From Candidatus Scalindua sp. (lineage in GTDB: Bacteria > Planctomycetota > Brocadiia > Brocadiales > Scalinduaceae): 32,000 nucleotides of DNA. The DNA lies in assembly GCA_031316235.1 (NCBI GenBank), contig JALDRA010000001.1, positions 2,040,001 through 2,072,000 on the forward strand. Direction: 5' to 3'. Below the pieces are notes generated by a model, which was not told where the DNA came from, made no database searches, and was given only the letters and a program-made list of their open reading frames with translations. Numbering within the stretch: position 1 is the first letter of the stretch; each line of letters starts with the position of its first letter. Shown here one piece after another: positions 9,606 through 17,156 of the stretch. Both the position numbers and the translations under genes were made by a program.

Positions 9606-9772
9606 ATATACTGAACTGATTTGGTTTTCGGTTTTAACGGACACCAGATCCTGGTTGCTGGTATCTCCGGATAAAAAGCGTCGAGGACTTTCCCCGGACA
9701 AAAAGCGCCGAGGACATTACTCGCTCAATTTTTTCCCGGATTGTATCCGAAATCCAGTATGAGATGAGTATA
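9606..9772 (+). repeat. Mosaic intergenic repeat copy R4 (A, B, B, C)
   Basis: atatactgaactgatttggttttcggttttaacggacaccagatcctggttgctggtat / ctccggataaaaagcgtcgaggacttt / ccccggacaaaaagcgccgaggacattac / tcgctcaattttttcccggattgtatccgaaatccagtatgagatgagtata. It starts 6 nt after the stop of the 531-aa gene. Confidence 0.9.
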
Positions 9773-9793
9773 ACCGGTATTTATTTTCAGATC

Positions 9794-10603
9794 CTATGTG
9801 TTTAATTTATACGTTATGGGAATTACTATCTTCACTTCAACCGGAGGTGGAGGAAACGGGGATGCTTTTCTAACCGCGTTTTCAGCATTATCATCCAGGG
9901 TTGAAAAACCAGAACTCTTTTTTATCTCAATCTCTTTTACACTGCCGTCCAGGCGGACGAGGAATGTGATTATTACGTCACCCTGCATAGACATCTTTCG
10001 TGCTTTGTAGGGATATGATATATTCATACGAATTATCCTGTTTATGTAATCAAAATGTTCCCTGATATATTGGTTTTCAGCACTCTTTTCAAATTCATGT
10101 GGCATCCCGGCTGATTTTGGAATACCTCCCTGTCTTCCCTTATCAGGGTTCACAGTGCTTTTGGATTCTCGCTCGATATCGGTAACCGTTTGGCTGGCTT
10201 TTTTTGATATCTCGACAGCCTTTGCAGGCACGATTTCTTCCATCGTATTCTTCGTTTCCCGCTCTACCTCATCGGGTAACGGCAACACTTCTCTGCTTAC
10301 CGTGTCTGTTTTCTCAAGTATATCATCTTCCACCATGTTTTCACTTTCCTGTTTAACCATGGCAGGGATTTGCACCTCGTTTTTTATAACCTCTTCTGTT
10401 TTCATGGTATTTGTATCTGTCTCATATTCACCTGTTTTCATGATATTGGTTACATTAAACTCTAATACCGTTTCTATCTTTTTCTGTAAGGCCTCTTTCT
10501 TCATATAAAAAGCCAGGAGAACAAACAAAAGATGAATGATAAAAGAGACCGCAAATCCCAGTTTATAGTAATTTACCTGTTTTTTATCTTGTATATTTTG
10601 CAT
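9794..10603 (-). CDS. tonB: TonB-family energy transducer
   Basis: 269-aa ORF with ATG. N-terminal anchor YKLGFAVSFIIHLLFVLLAFY and a Glu-rich linker. C-terminal TonB_C-like YPYKARKMSMQGDVIITFLVRLDGSVKEIEIKKSSGFSTLDDNAENAVRKASPFPPPP. It is last in the exbB-exbD-tonB order. Confidence 0.8.
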   Translation of the reverse strand: MQNIQDKKQVNYYKLGFAVSFIIHLLFVLLAFYMKKEALQKKIETVLEFNVTNIMKTGEYETDTNTMKTEEVIKNEVQIPAMVKQESENMVEDDILEKTDTVSREVLPLPDEVERETKNTMEEIVPAKAVEISKKASQTVTDIERESKSTVNPDKGRQGGIPKSAGMPHEFEKSAENQYIREHFDYINRIIRMNISYPYKARKMSMQGDVIITFLVRLDGSVKEIEIKKSSGFSTLDDNAENAVRKASPFPPPPVEVKIVIPITYKLNT

Positions 10604-10623
10604 GTTCTCTGCGTTGAGTTTTC

Positions 10624-11007
10624 TTATTTCAATACTTCGGTCTGCAGGGTTACTTTTTTGAAACCGTTTTTTTTAACTATATCAAGGACGTCTACAAACA
10701 CCTGTAAGACAATATTTTTATCGGCCCTGATTGTGACCGGTGCTGTTTTGTCGTATGAGTGGGTAGATTTTCTGAGATCATTTAGATTGATGGGTTTGGA
10801 GTTCAAGTATATTCTATCTTCTCCGTCTATTTCTATGATCAATGATTCTATGGACTCTGACTGTTTTTCTGATGCGCCAGGCAGATCGACAGGCAACAGT
10901 CCGGTAGTTATAAACGTAGATGTAGTAAGGACTATAGTCAGTAACACAAGCATGATGTCTACGAATGGTATAACGTTTATTGATCTAAACTCCTCATCTT
11001 CCATCAT
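10624..11007 (-). CDS. exbD: ExbD/TolR biopolymer transport protein
   Basis: 127-aa ORF. Signature INVIPFVDIMLVLLTIVL TM helix plus a periplasmic domain. The start overlaps the exbB stop. Confidence 0.85.
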   Translation of the reverse strand: MMEDEEFRSINVIPFVDIMLVLLTIVLTTSTFITTGLLPVDLPGASEKQSESIESLIIEIDGEDRIYLNSKPINLNDLRKSTHSYDKTAPVTIRADKNIVLQVFVDVLDIVKKNGFKKVTLQTEVLK

Positions 11008-11419
11008 TTTTTATCTCCCAGGTCATCAAGAGAACCTTTGCCTTTCTCAGGATAAAGTTATGGAAAGCGACGGAAGGAATAGCGACAAGCAGGCCAGTTG
11101 CGGTGGCCTTGAGCGCCAGGGCAAGGCCGATCATAATCCTGCCGGTATCCATATACCCTTCTTCTCCTATACTGGAGAAGGTAAACATTAAACCCGCTAC
11201 CGTACCCAGTAGACCGATATACGGCGCGTTGCTGCCGATTGTGGCAATTATGTGAATTTTAGCGGTAAGTACAAGTTCCAGTGATTTTCTCTCAGCAAAG
11301 TCCTCTATCTTTATTTTTCGGTATGTCAGGTATCTTTCAATTGCAAGAGAAAGTGATACGATACTCATAAAAATCAGGAATCCGATGATTCCGTAGTCCA
11401 CAAATAGTTTTATTTCCAT
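10994..11419 (-). CDS. exbB: ExbB/TolQ/MotA-family proton channel (short form)
   Basis: 141-aa ORF with AGGAGG Shine-Dalgarno. Motif GSNAPYIGLLGTVAGLMFTF and three hydrophobic helices. Confidence 0.8.
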   Translation of the reverse strand: MEIKLFVDYGIIGFLIFMSIVSLSLAIERYLTYRKIKIEDFAERKSLELVLTAKIHIIATIGSNAPYIGLLGTVAGLMFTFSSIGEEGYMDTGRIMIGLALALKATATGLLVAIPSVAFHNFILRKAKVLLMTWEIKNDGR

Positions 11420-11466
11420 TCTACCTCCTGTATCCGGTTAATTTCCTGTCTACCCGCAGCCTGGCA

Positions 11467-11631
11467 GAGCCGCTCCGCTTCGCTCAGTATGGCATCATGG
11501 TAACAGTGTTACCATTTCCTGCCGTGGAAGGCGGGTGAGCGGGGGTTAAGGGTATATGGTGATGTATAGGGCTTCATTCGTATTGATCGCACTTCGGCTC
11601 CGCTCAGTATGAAGTCATACCGGGCGGAGCC
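11467..11631. repeat. Second repeat type: two GCTCCGC...GCGGAGC hairpin units sharing CTCCGCT(TCGCT)CAGTATG, plus a 19-bp perfect palindrome
   Basis: gagccgctccgcttcgctcagtatggcatc at 11467 and ggctccgctcagtatgaagtcataccgggcggagcc at 11596-11631 (8-bp stem). Palindrome atggtaaca-g-tgttaccat at 11497-11515. The region lies between the receptor stop and the exbB start. Confidence 0.6.
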
Positions 11632-11686
11632 AAGAGTTCTTTTCGCAACAGCAACCCGGTCGCTCTATAAATGAATTCAGCGTGGG

Positions 11687-13813
11687 TCAGAACGTCAAAT
11701 CCATCGTGAACCAGATGCTGCGGCCGGGTTCATTTACCTGAACCTGGTCGACGTCAAAGGCATTGCTCAGGTTCAGATGCTTGGCATAGGTTTTGTCGAA
11801 CAGGTTATCCACACCAAATTTTATCTTTGTTCCCATCGGGAGTGTATAGGAACCATACAGTTCGAACACGGAAAATCCCGGTGTTTTCCCCGCATCAAGA
11901 CCACTGCCGGTCAGCGTGTCATCATCCACCCGGCTCTGGTTATTCACCATGAGAATCTTGCCGCCCACGCTCCAGTTACTCTTTTTATAATCGGTGGTAA
12001 CAGACACTTCCAATGGGGGAATCTGCGCTAACGGACGGTCTTCCCTGAGGTTTTCTCCATACACGTAAGCCAGAGAAATCCCACTGACTAAATGGTCACT
12101 CCAATATCTGTTTAACGACATTTCGCCACCGATGAGGTAGGCGCTCACATTCCGGTAAATGGTGGCATTGTTACCTGTAGCGCTGGCGCCGTGATCCCGG
12201 GTCCTCAGGATGAAATCACTGACCCTGTCGTAATAGACACTGGAATCAAATCCCCAGGATTGTGTTTTTAACCGGGTGCCAATCTCTATCTGGTGGTGTT
12301 TTTCCGGAGCAAGAAAAGGGTTGCCAATCCAACGGCTGCTCTCTTTTGAGTTGTTGTTGGATGCCATATAACGCTCTGTGGCATCAGCAGTTCTTACACT
12401 GCGGCTCAACGTCGTATAAAATGTTCCTCTGCCCTGCAGATAATCCTGCTCAAAGCGCACCATACCACCGATATTGTTCTCAATTTCTGATGCCGAACTT
12501 CTGCCGTAGTATATCGAATAAAGCCCGGAGGCGCTGAGCTTGGCTACAGGACCCATGGTATCTGTCGGAGACCTGTCTGCTTTGTCGGCAGTTGCCCGAA
12601 CATGATCATAGCGCAAACCGAATTTCATCCGCCTGTTATCACTCATGATCCATTCCGATTCTCCGTATAACCCGATAGTCTGGAGTCTCGTATCCGGCCA
12701 GAGATAAGAATTAATGATATTAACAAGAGCGGGGCTGTTGCCCCGGTAGCGCACAGCATCCCGTTTATTGTTCTGATAATCAATCCCGAAATTTGTCAGG
12801 AAATTGCCATGGACTGCTTCAAAATCAAGTCGTCCGCTCAAGGTATCTGATATTGACGGTGCCCGCATATGCATACTTGCCATGGAAGGCGTGCGTAAAC
12901 TGTAGTTGTCCATCAGATGTTTCACGTCTGAGTAGGAAACCCGTCCGGACACCTTCTGCACCACGCCAAAAGAGAGACTTCGGTTGAACTTCAACCGGTA
13001 GACATCCAGCAGGGTGTAAGGTGAATCCATACCTGATCCTGCAAAGAGGACATCATCGGTATTGGAGGCCTCATATCCGAGCTCAACCCTGGTTTCATTA
13101 TCCGGAGTCCAGCCCAGAATCAGATTTCCCGTGGCCACCTCATAAGCTGATCTGACCGAGTGTCCGTCACCATCCTCATAGTTTTCACTTTTGTCATAAT
13201 TACCGATAATACGGATATATCCCTGGGTATTTCCAGCAGCCAGATCGACAAATCCTTCACGTCCGTCGGAATTACCACGATATCCACCGCCAATTCTGCC
13301 TCGATACCGCTCTTCTCCTGTAAAACGTTCCGTGGTGCGTTTAAACAGTACCGTGCCGCCGCTGCCGCCGCCGCCATGTTGTACGGTCTGAGATCCTTTT
13401 GTCACCTCCACTTCATCAAAAGTTTCAGAAGACCCATAGGAACTGGGCGGGTCCATGCGGTTTGGGCAGCCACCATGAACGTAGGCGCCATCCAGGAGGA
13501 TGTTCAGGCGGTTTTGTGATTGGCCACGAATGACGGGATCGACACCATGACCACCCATACGGGCGGAAGAGATGCCGGGTATGGTTGTCAGCAGATCACC
13601 ACCGTCAGCCACAGGTCCCCTGGCCCGATCACTGATGATCAACCGAGATTTGGCAGGCTCGGAAATCTGGGTGTCTTCAACAATAATTTTCTCCATCCTG
13701 ATAATGGGTTCTTTTCCACCTGCCTTGTCTTCGGCAAATACCGGCATTAACCATAGGAAAAACAGTGCATACAGCATGAGCGTTTTCTTCATTATTTGTT
13801 CCTTTTTTATCAT
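11687..13813 (-). CDS. oprC: TonB-dependent outer-membrane copper receptor (OprC/NosA family)
   Basis: 708-aa ORF. Plug motifs DGGDLLTTIPGISSARMGGHGVDPVIRGQSQNRLNILLDGAYVHGGCPNRMDPP, with CPNRM (CxxxM) at 13454-13468. HLM (HxM) lies at 12911-12919, 183 residues later. C-terminal beta-barrel end is ..GRSIWFTMDLTF. The second ATG at 13792 (MKKTLMLYALFFLWLMPVFA signal peptide, AAGGA 8 nt upstream) is the more likely true start. Confidence 0.85.
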   Translation of the reverse strand: MIKKEQIMKKTLMLYALFFLWLMPVFAEDKAGGKEPIIRMEKIIVEDTQISEPAKSRLIISDRARGPVADGGDLLTTIPGISSARMGGHGVDPVIRGQSQNRLNILLDGAYVHGGCPNRMDPPSSYGSSETFDEVEVTKGSQTVQHGGGGSGGTVLFKRTTERFTGEERYRGRIGGGYRGNSDGREGFVDLAAGNTQGYIRIIGNYDKSENYEDGDGHSVRSAYEVATGNLILGWTPDNETRVELGYEASNTDDVLFAGSGMDSPYTLLDVYRLKFNRSLSFGVVQKVSGRVSYSDVKHLMDNYSLRTPSMASMHMRAPSISDTLSGRLDFEAVHGNFLTNFGIDYQNNKRDAVRYRGNSPALVNIINSYLWPDTRLQTIGLYGESEWIMSDNRRMKFGLRYDHVRATADKADRSPTDTMGPVAKLSASGLYSIYYGRSSASEIENNIGGMVRFEQDYLQGRGTFYTTLSRSVRTADATERYMASNNNSKESSRWIGNPFLAPEKHHQIEIGTRLKTQSWGFDSSVYYDRVSDFILRTRDHGASATGNNATIYRNVSAYLIGGEMSLNRYWSDHLVSGISLAYVYGENLREDRPLAQIPPLEVSVTTDYKKSNWSVGGKILMVNNQSRVDDDTLTGSGLDAGKTPGFSVFELYGSYTLPMGTKIKFGVDNLFDKTYAKHLNLSNAFDVDQVQVNEPGRSIWFTMDLTF

Positions 13814-13846
13814 TTTTATGTATTAGCAAGCCAATGTGTGCAGGCA

Positions 13847-13961
13847 ATATACTAAAACCGATTTGGTTTTCGGTTTTACCGGAAACCAAATCTCGGTGAA
13901 GGTATACTCGCTCAATTTTATCTCGGATTTTATCCGAAAACCATAATGAGATGAGTATAAT
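13847..13961 (+). repeat. Mosaic intergenic repeat copy R5 (A, C)
   Basis: atatactaaaaccgatttggttttcggttttaccggaaaccaaatctcggtgaaggtat / actcgctcaattttatctcggattttatccgaaaaccataatgagatgagtataat. Confidence 0.9.
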
Positions 13962-14328
13962 ACAATTTTCGTGCAGGTACCGGTTGTAGCTGAGCAGAAC
14001 ACCTTGTCGCAGAACGTAATGCAACGTTATATGGGGCTTAAAAGTTCATACGGATACCCCCATACAATCACTGCAGACCCATCTCTTTATTATGCGGATG
14101 ACAGGTAGCAGCAATGGGTTTCAAATCAGTAGAAAACAGTATGCGATCCTGAAAATATGTATACTGCTACAGGGACATTGTCGTAAAATTAGAAAATTCC
14201 AGGTGATTTCTGGCATGTGGGTTCAATCTGATGATATCGCATCCAACAAGGGATTAAGGTCATATTTACCTGCCGCCTCCCATTCCTGTCTCCATTCCGG
14301 TGTACTCATATTGAGGAGAGAGAACAGG

Positions 14329-14343
14329 ATTATACTCATCTCA
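14329..14343 (-). repeat. Mosaic repeat fragment R6a (15-nt outer end of module C, inverted relative to R5)
   Basis: attatactcatctca is the exact reverse complement of 13947-13961 (tgagatgagtataat). The two ends face each other across 367 bp. Confidence 0.6.
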
Positions 14344-14456
14344 AAAATCTGCAGGTACCGCAGTGCAGAATGGATGCGACATGACAATCCCTATTGTTCT
14401 GACAGCAAAAGAGATACTGCTGGCAAGTCAGGGGAAACAAATATCTCTATTGGTAT

Positions 14457-14630
14457 ATGGTATGCTCACCTTACAATGGCTTACGGATAAAATCTGAGAA
14501 AAAAACCGAGCGAGTAAAGCCCTCGCCATTTTTTGGCCGGGGAAAGTCCTCGGCGTTTTTTGGCTGGGGATACCAGCAGCCACGCTTTAGTTTTTAGAAA
14601 AAGCTAAAACCAATCGGTTTTCGTATATAC
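14457..14630 (-). repeat. Mosaic intergenic repeat copy R6b (reverse: C-degenerate, B, B, A-degenerate)
   Basis: tatatggtatgctcaccttacaatggcttacggataaaatctgagaaaaaaaccgagcgagt / aaagccctcgccattttttggccgggg / aaagtcctcggcgttttttggctgggg / ataccagcagccacgctttagtttttagaaaaagctaaaaccaatcggttttcgtatatac. Confidence 0.85.
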
Positions 14631-14708
14631 ATAACGTGATGGCTATTTTTAAACCTTATCGTGGTGTATCCGGTGAGTTTACTGTTTCGCAATAGTATTG
14701 ATTGAACT

Positions 14709-15185
14709 CTATGCAGGGTGAGGTGGTGGCTTGTCCAGCGGAGACAATTGTATTGATACAGGAAAAACTTCCTGATGTTTGTCTAAAAAATGAAGCATGG
14801 ATAGACCCGGAGCAGTGATACCATCCTCGGGCATGGTAACATGATATGAAAATGAGGTAAACTGGCCGGGAAGACCGGTGCATCCCAGGCTCTTGATGAC
14901 GGCAGAGAATGTGCCTGGTGTATCCTCCTTGAATGGACTTGTCACATCACAGGTATCGTTCTCTTTTGCACAGCAGCAAGTAGTTATATTATGGGGTTCC
15001 GGATTACATTTACAGGTGTGAGATCCAGGATGTAACGCGACGCTCTTAATATGCGTAACATTGCTGAGGCCAGGCGCAAAGAGATTTGCGAGCAGGCACA
15101 TTGAGATAATAATGCTGACAAAAGAAGAAGATACCAGTGACGTAACCGTCTTTGACAGGAGCGATTTCCCTTGTAACATGCTCAT
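14709..15185 (-). CDS. Hypothetical N-terminally anchored Cys/His-rich protein (possible metal binding)
   Basis: 158-aa ORF with ATG but no clear Shine-Dalgarno. Anchor LVSSSFVSIIISMCLLANLF, then HPGSHTCKCNPEPHNITTCCCAKENDTCD. It lies downstream of the NosL-like gene on the same strand. Coding status is uncertain. Confidence 0.4.
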   Translation of the reverse strand: MSMLQGKSLLSKTVTSLVSSSFVSIIISMCLLANLFAPGLSNVTHIKSVALHPGSHTCKCNPEPHNITTCCCAKENDTCDVTSPFKEDTPGTFSAVIKSLGCTGLPGQFTSFSYHVTMPEDGITAPGLSMLHFLDKHQEVFPVSIQLSPLDKPPPHPA

Positions 15186-15426
15186 AAAAGAACCTGCGTA
15201 ATAAATACGTGCAATAAAATTCGAAATAACAGAGTTGGATTTTAATGATTTCTGGAGTTCCGTGCAAGGTTTTTCTCCCGGTCCTGGTAACGGGACCCTG
15301 ATACTTACGTAACAAGTTCCTTCTTGATCCGGATATACTGTCAGTGTATTATACTAAAATCGCTTCTCGTATAGACCTTGATTGGGTCGTATTATTTTAT
15401 CAATTTTTCAAAGGTGGTCCTTAGCG

Positions 15427-15948
15427 TTAATGTCCCAGAGGTTGTTCTCCCCTCACCTTGAGCGCTTCCGTAAATGTATAGATTGTTCCACCGAATCCTT
15501 TTTGGAATTTTTCAGCATCACTCCTGCTGCCAAAGGAAATCCAGCTATCTGAGCAACCAGGAACGGCGCTGCTGTCATGGAGCATGAACATTGTTGTAAC
15601 GTCTTTCCATTCACCACTGATGAAGTCCACTGCCCTGGCAGAAATTATTTTGTCTTTATGTTTTGCATGTTCCCATAACCCGCAGTGAGGGCAGACATAT
15701 GATACTATTTTTTCATCATCAAAGATAATCTGATAATCTGTGTTTTGATTTCCCTTTATTCTCATACCGCAAAGGGGGCATTTTACATTCTCCGCCTCAA
15801 GGTCTAGGTGGCTGCACATACGTTGTCCGCTCTCATGGTGTCCGAAAGTCTGAGCATAAACACTTTCACTTGAAGAATAAAACGCCCCGGTCACGAGCAT
15901 CAATGCGAAAACAGATGAAAAAAATAATTCTTTTTTTCCGTATTTCAT
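15427..15948 (-). CDS. NosL-like putative copper chaperone, secreted
   Basis: The ORF track starts at a TTG (15969). ATG at 15948 has AAAGGAGA 8 nt upstream and gives the signal peptide MKYGKKELFFSSVFALMLVTGAFYSSSESVYA. Motifs KCPLCGMRI and ..WISFGSRSDAEKFQKGFGGTIYTFTEAL resemble the NosL family by recollection. Confidence 0.55.
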   Translation of the reverse strand: MKYGKKELFFSSVFALMLVTGAFYSSSESVYAQTFGHHESGQRMCSHLDLEAENVKCPLCGMRIKGNQNTDYQIIFDDEKIVSYVCPHCGLWEHAKHKDKIISARAVDFISGEWKDVTTMFMLHDSSAVPGCSDSWISFGSRSDAEKFQKGFGGTIYTFTEALKVRGEQPLGH

Positions 15949-16032
15949 TTTAAATTTCTCCTTTAGCAAAATAGTGAAATGAAAAATTTGAACCTCTTTT
16001 TTTCTTCTTCCAACGCTCCTGCTTCAATACCG

Positions 16033-16061
16033 ATACTATCATGTAAATAATGATTTTCCAA
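16033..16061 (-). promoter_or_regulatory. Candidate sigma70-type promoter for the NosL-like gene
   Basis: Minus strand reads TTGGAA - 17 nt - TAGTAT, about 85 nt upstream of ATG 15948. This is a pattern match only. Confidence 0.25.
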
Positions 16062-16137
16062 GCGCAATTTTCCAATTGTGTACAGTCAAGTAGTGTGATA
16101 TGTATAATCTCACCATGTATGAAACATTGCATTCTGG

Positions 16138-16950
16138 TTACTTCTGGTTTTCCGATGAATCCATGCAGTGCGATGCCTCAGCTTTCTCACAGGCATCCTT
16201 TGCAATCCTTGCCAGGTCATCGAATGGAGTGTCGAGTACGGACAAAACGGCAGTCCTGAAAGCATCAAATCCGATGCGGGAAATAGTCTTTACAAGTCTC
16301 TCATTGGGTTGACCCTCTTTGCGGTAAACTCTCAGTACTGCAGCCAGATATTTTGGAATATCATCAGGCTGGATCCCTGACGCGAGTTCCTCTGCAATAA
16401 CAGGAGCTGCGCCCATCTTACCGCCAACAAAAATATTCCATCCGTTAACAGTACCATGGATACCGAAGTCGTTCAACTTGGTGTTTGCACAACAGTTTGG
16501 ACAGCCGGACACACTAACCTTGAACTTCATTGGGGTGGGAAGGCCGCGAAACATTTTTTCAAGTTCGGCTGCCAGCGGCATCGTCCGCTGAAGTCCAAAT
16601 GGTGAAAAATCGGCTCCGGTGCAGCTCTTTACCTGGCGAACGTCCCTGCCGACGGAGCGAATTTCAAAACCTGCATTATGGACTGCCTGTTTGGCTTCGT
16701 AGTACTTATGGTCCGGAATCCCGACGATAATCATACTTTGCGCTGTTGATAAATGGCCAACTGTAGCAAATTTTTCAATAATGTCCGAGAGTTTACGAAG
16801 TTGCACGGCTGTAAAGCAGCCGGTCGGGAGACCAATACAAAGTGAATAGTTCCCATCTCTCTGTTTTCCGAGGCATCGATAGCCGGGGTGCTTTTTCCGC
16901 TCAAGAGTCTCATGTCGCAGTTTCTGATCCGGAACAGCTGTCGTTTCCAT
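16138..16950 (-). CDS. Small single-module nitrite/sulfite reductase-like protein (ferredoxin-like half domain plus siroheme/4Fe-4S domain)
   Basis: 270-aa ORF with ATG and AAAGGAGA Shine-Dalgarno. Motifs VKSCTGADFSPFG and KFKVSVSGCPNCCANTKLNDFGIHG...FVGGKMG are typical of the NIR_SIR family. Confidence 0.8.
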   Translation of the reverse strand: METTAVPDQKLRHETLERKKHPGYRCLGKQRDGNYSLCIGLPTGCFTAVQLRKLSDIIEKFATVGHLSTAQSMIIVGIPDHKYYEAKQAVHNAGFEIRSVGRDVRQVKSCTGADFSPFGLQRTMPLAAELEKMFRGLPTPMKFKVSVSGCPNCCANTKLNDFGIHGTVNGWNIFVGGKMGAAPVIAEELASGIQPDDIPKYLAAVLRVYRKEGQPNERLVKTISRIGFDAFRTAVLSVLDTPFDDLARIAKDACEKAEASHCMDSSENQK

Positions 16951-16991
16951 GATTTTCTCCTTTCCATTAAATTATATTCCTCTTTGTACTA

Positions 16992-17156
16992 CTACTGGTT
17001 TTCCTCTTTTTCAGAATCCTTTTCCTCTCTCTTATCCAGGTGACCGTCCATATGCTGTAGCTTTCCCTCCAGTACACAGCCTTTCTGCAATGGCAGGCAT
17101 ACTTTATTGACTCTTACACATTCATCATTTTTTAGATGTGGACAATCCCAGCTCAT
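16992..17156 (-). CDS. Unannotated 54-aa four-Cys protein with acidic tail (below the ORF-track length cut-off)
   Basis: My translation: MSWDCPHLKNDECVRVNKVCLPLQKGCVLEGKLQHMDGHLDKREEKDSEKEENQ. Its ATG overlaps the TGA of the DUF488 gene in an ATGA junction (17153-17156). Cys residues are at 5, 13, 20 and 27. Confidence 0.45.
   Translation of the reverse strand: MSWDCPHLKNDECVRVNKVCLPLQKGCVLEGKLQHMDGHLDKREEKDSEKEENQ

Noticed and set aside
6369-13961. Integron-like cassette array: genes or operons separated by same-orientation structured repeats that might be attC sites.
   Set aside because: I could not find RYYYAAC/GTTRRRY core sites in the repeats. There is no integrase or attI. The 'cassettes' include a four-gene TonB system and multi-kb operons. 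Repeat architecture is variable, unlike attC.
14092-14490. A 132-aa + strand ORF, and several 30-40-aa minus-strand ORFs, in the 13.96-14.46 kb gap. I also considered a decayed amidohydrolase-like fragment (..QDRILFSTD..).
   Set aside because: Composition is Cys/Arg/Ser-rich and not protein-like. The ORF starts and ends inside repeat modules. The short motif resemblance is too weak, and the pieces are not colinear with any family I know.
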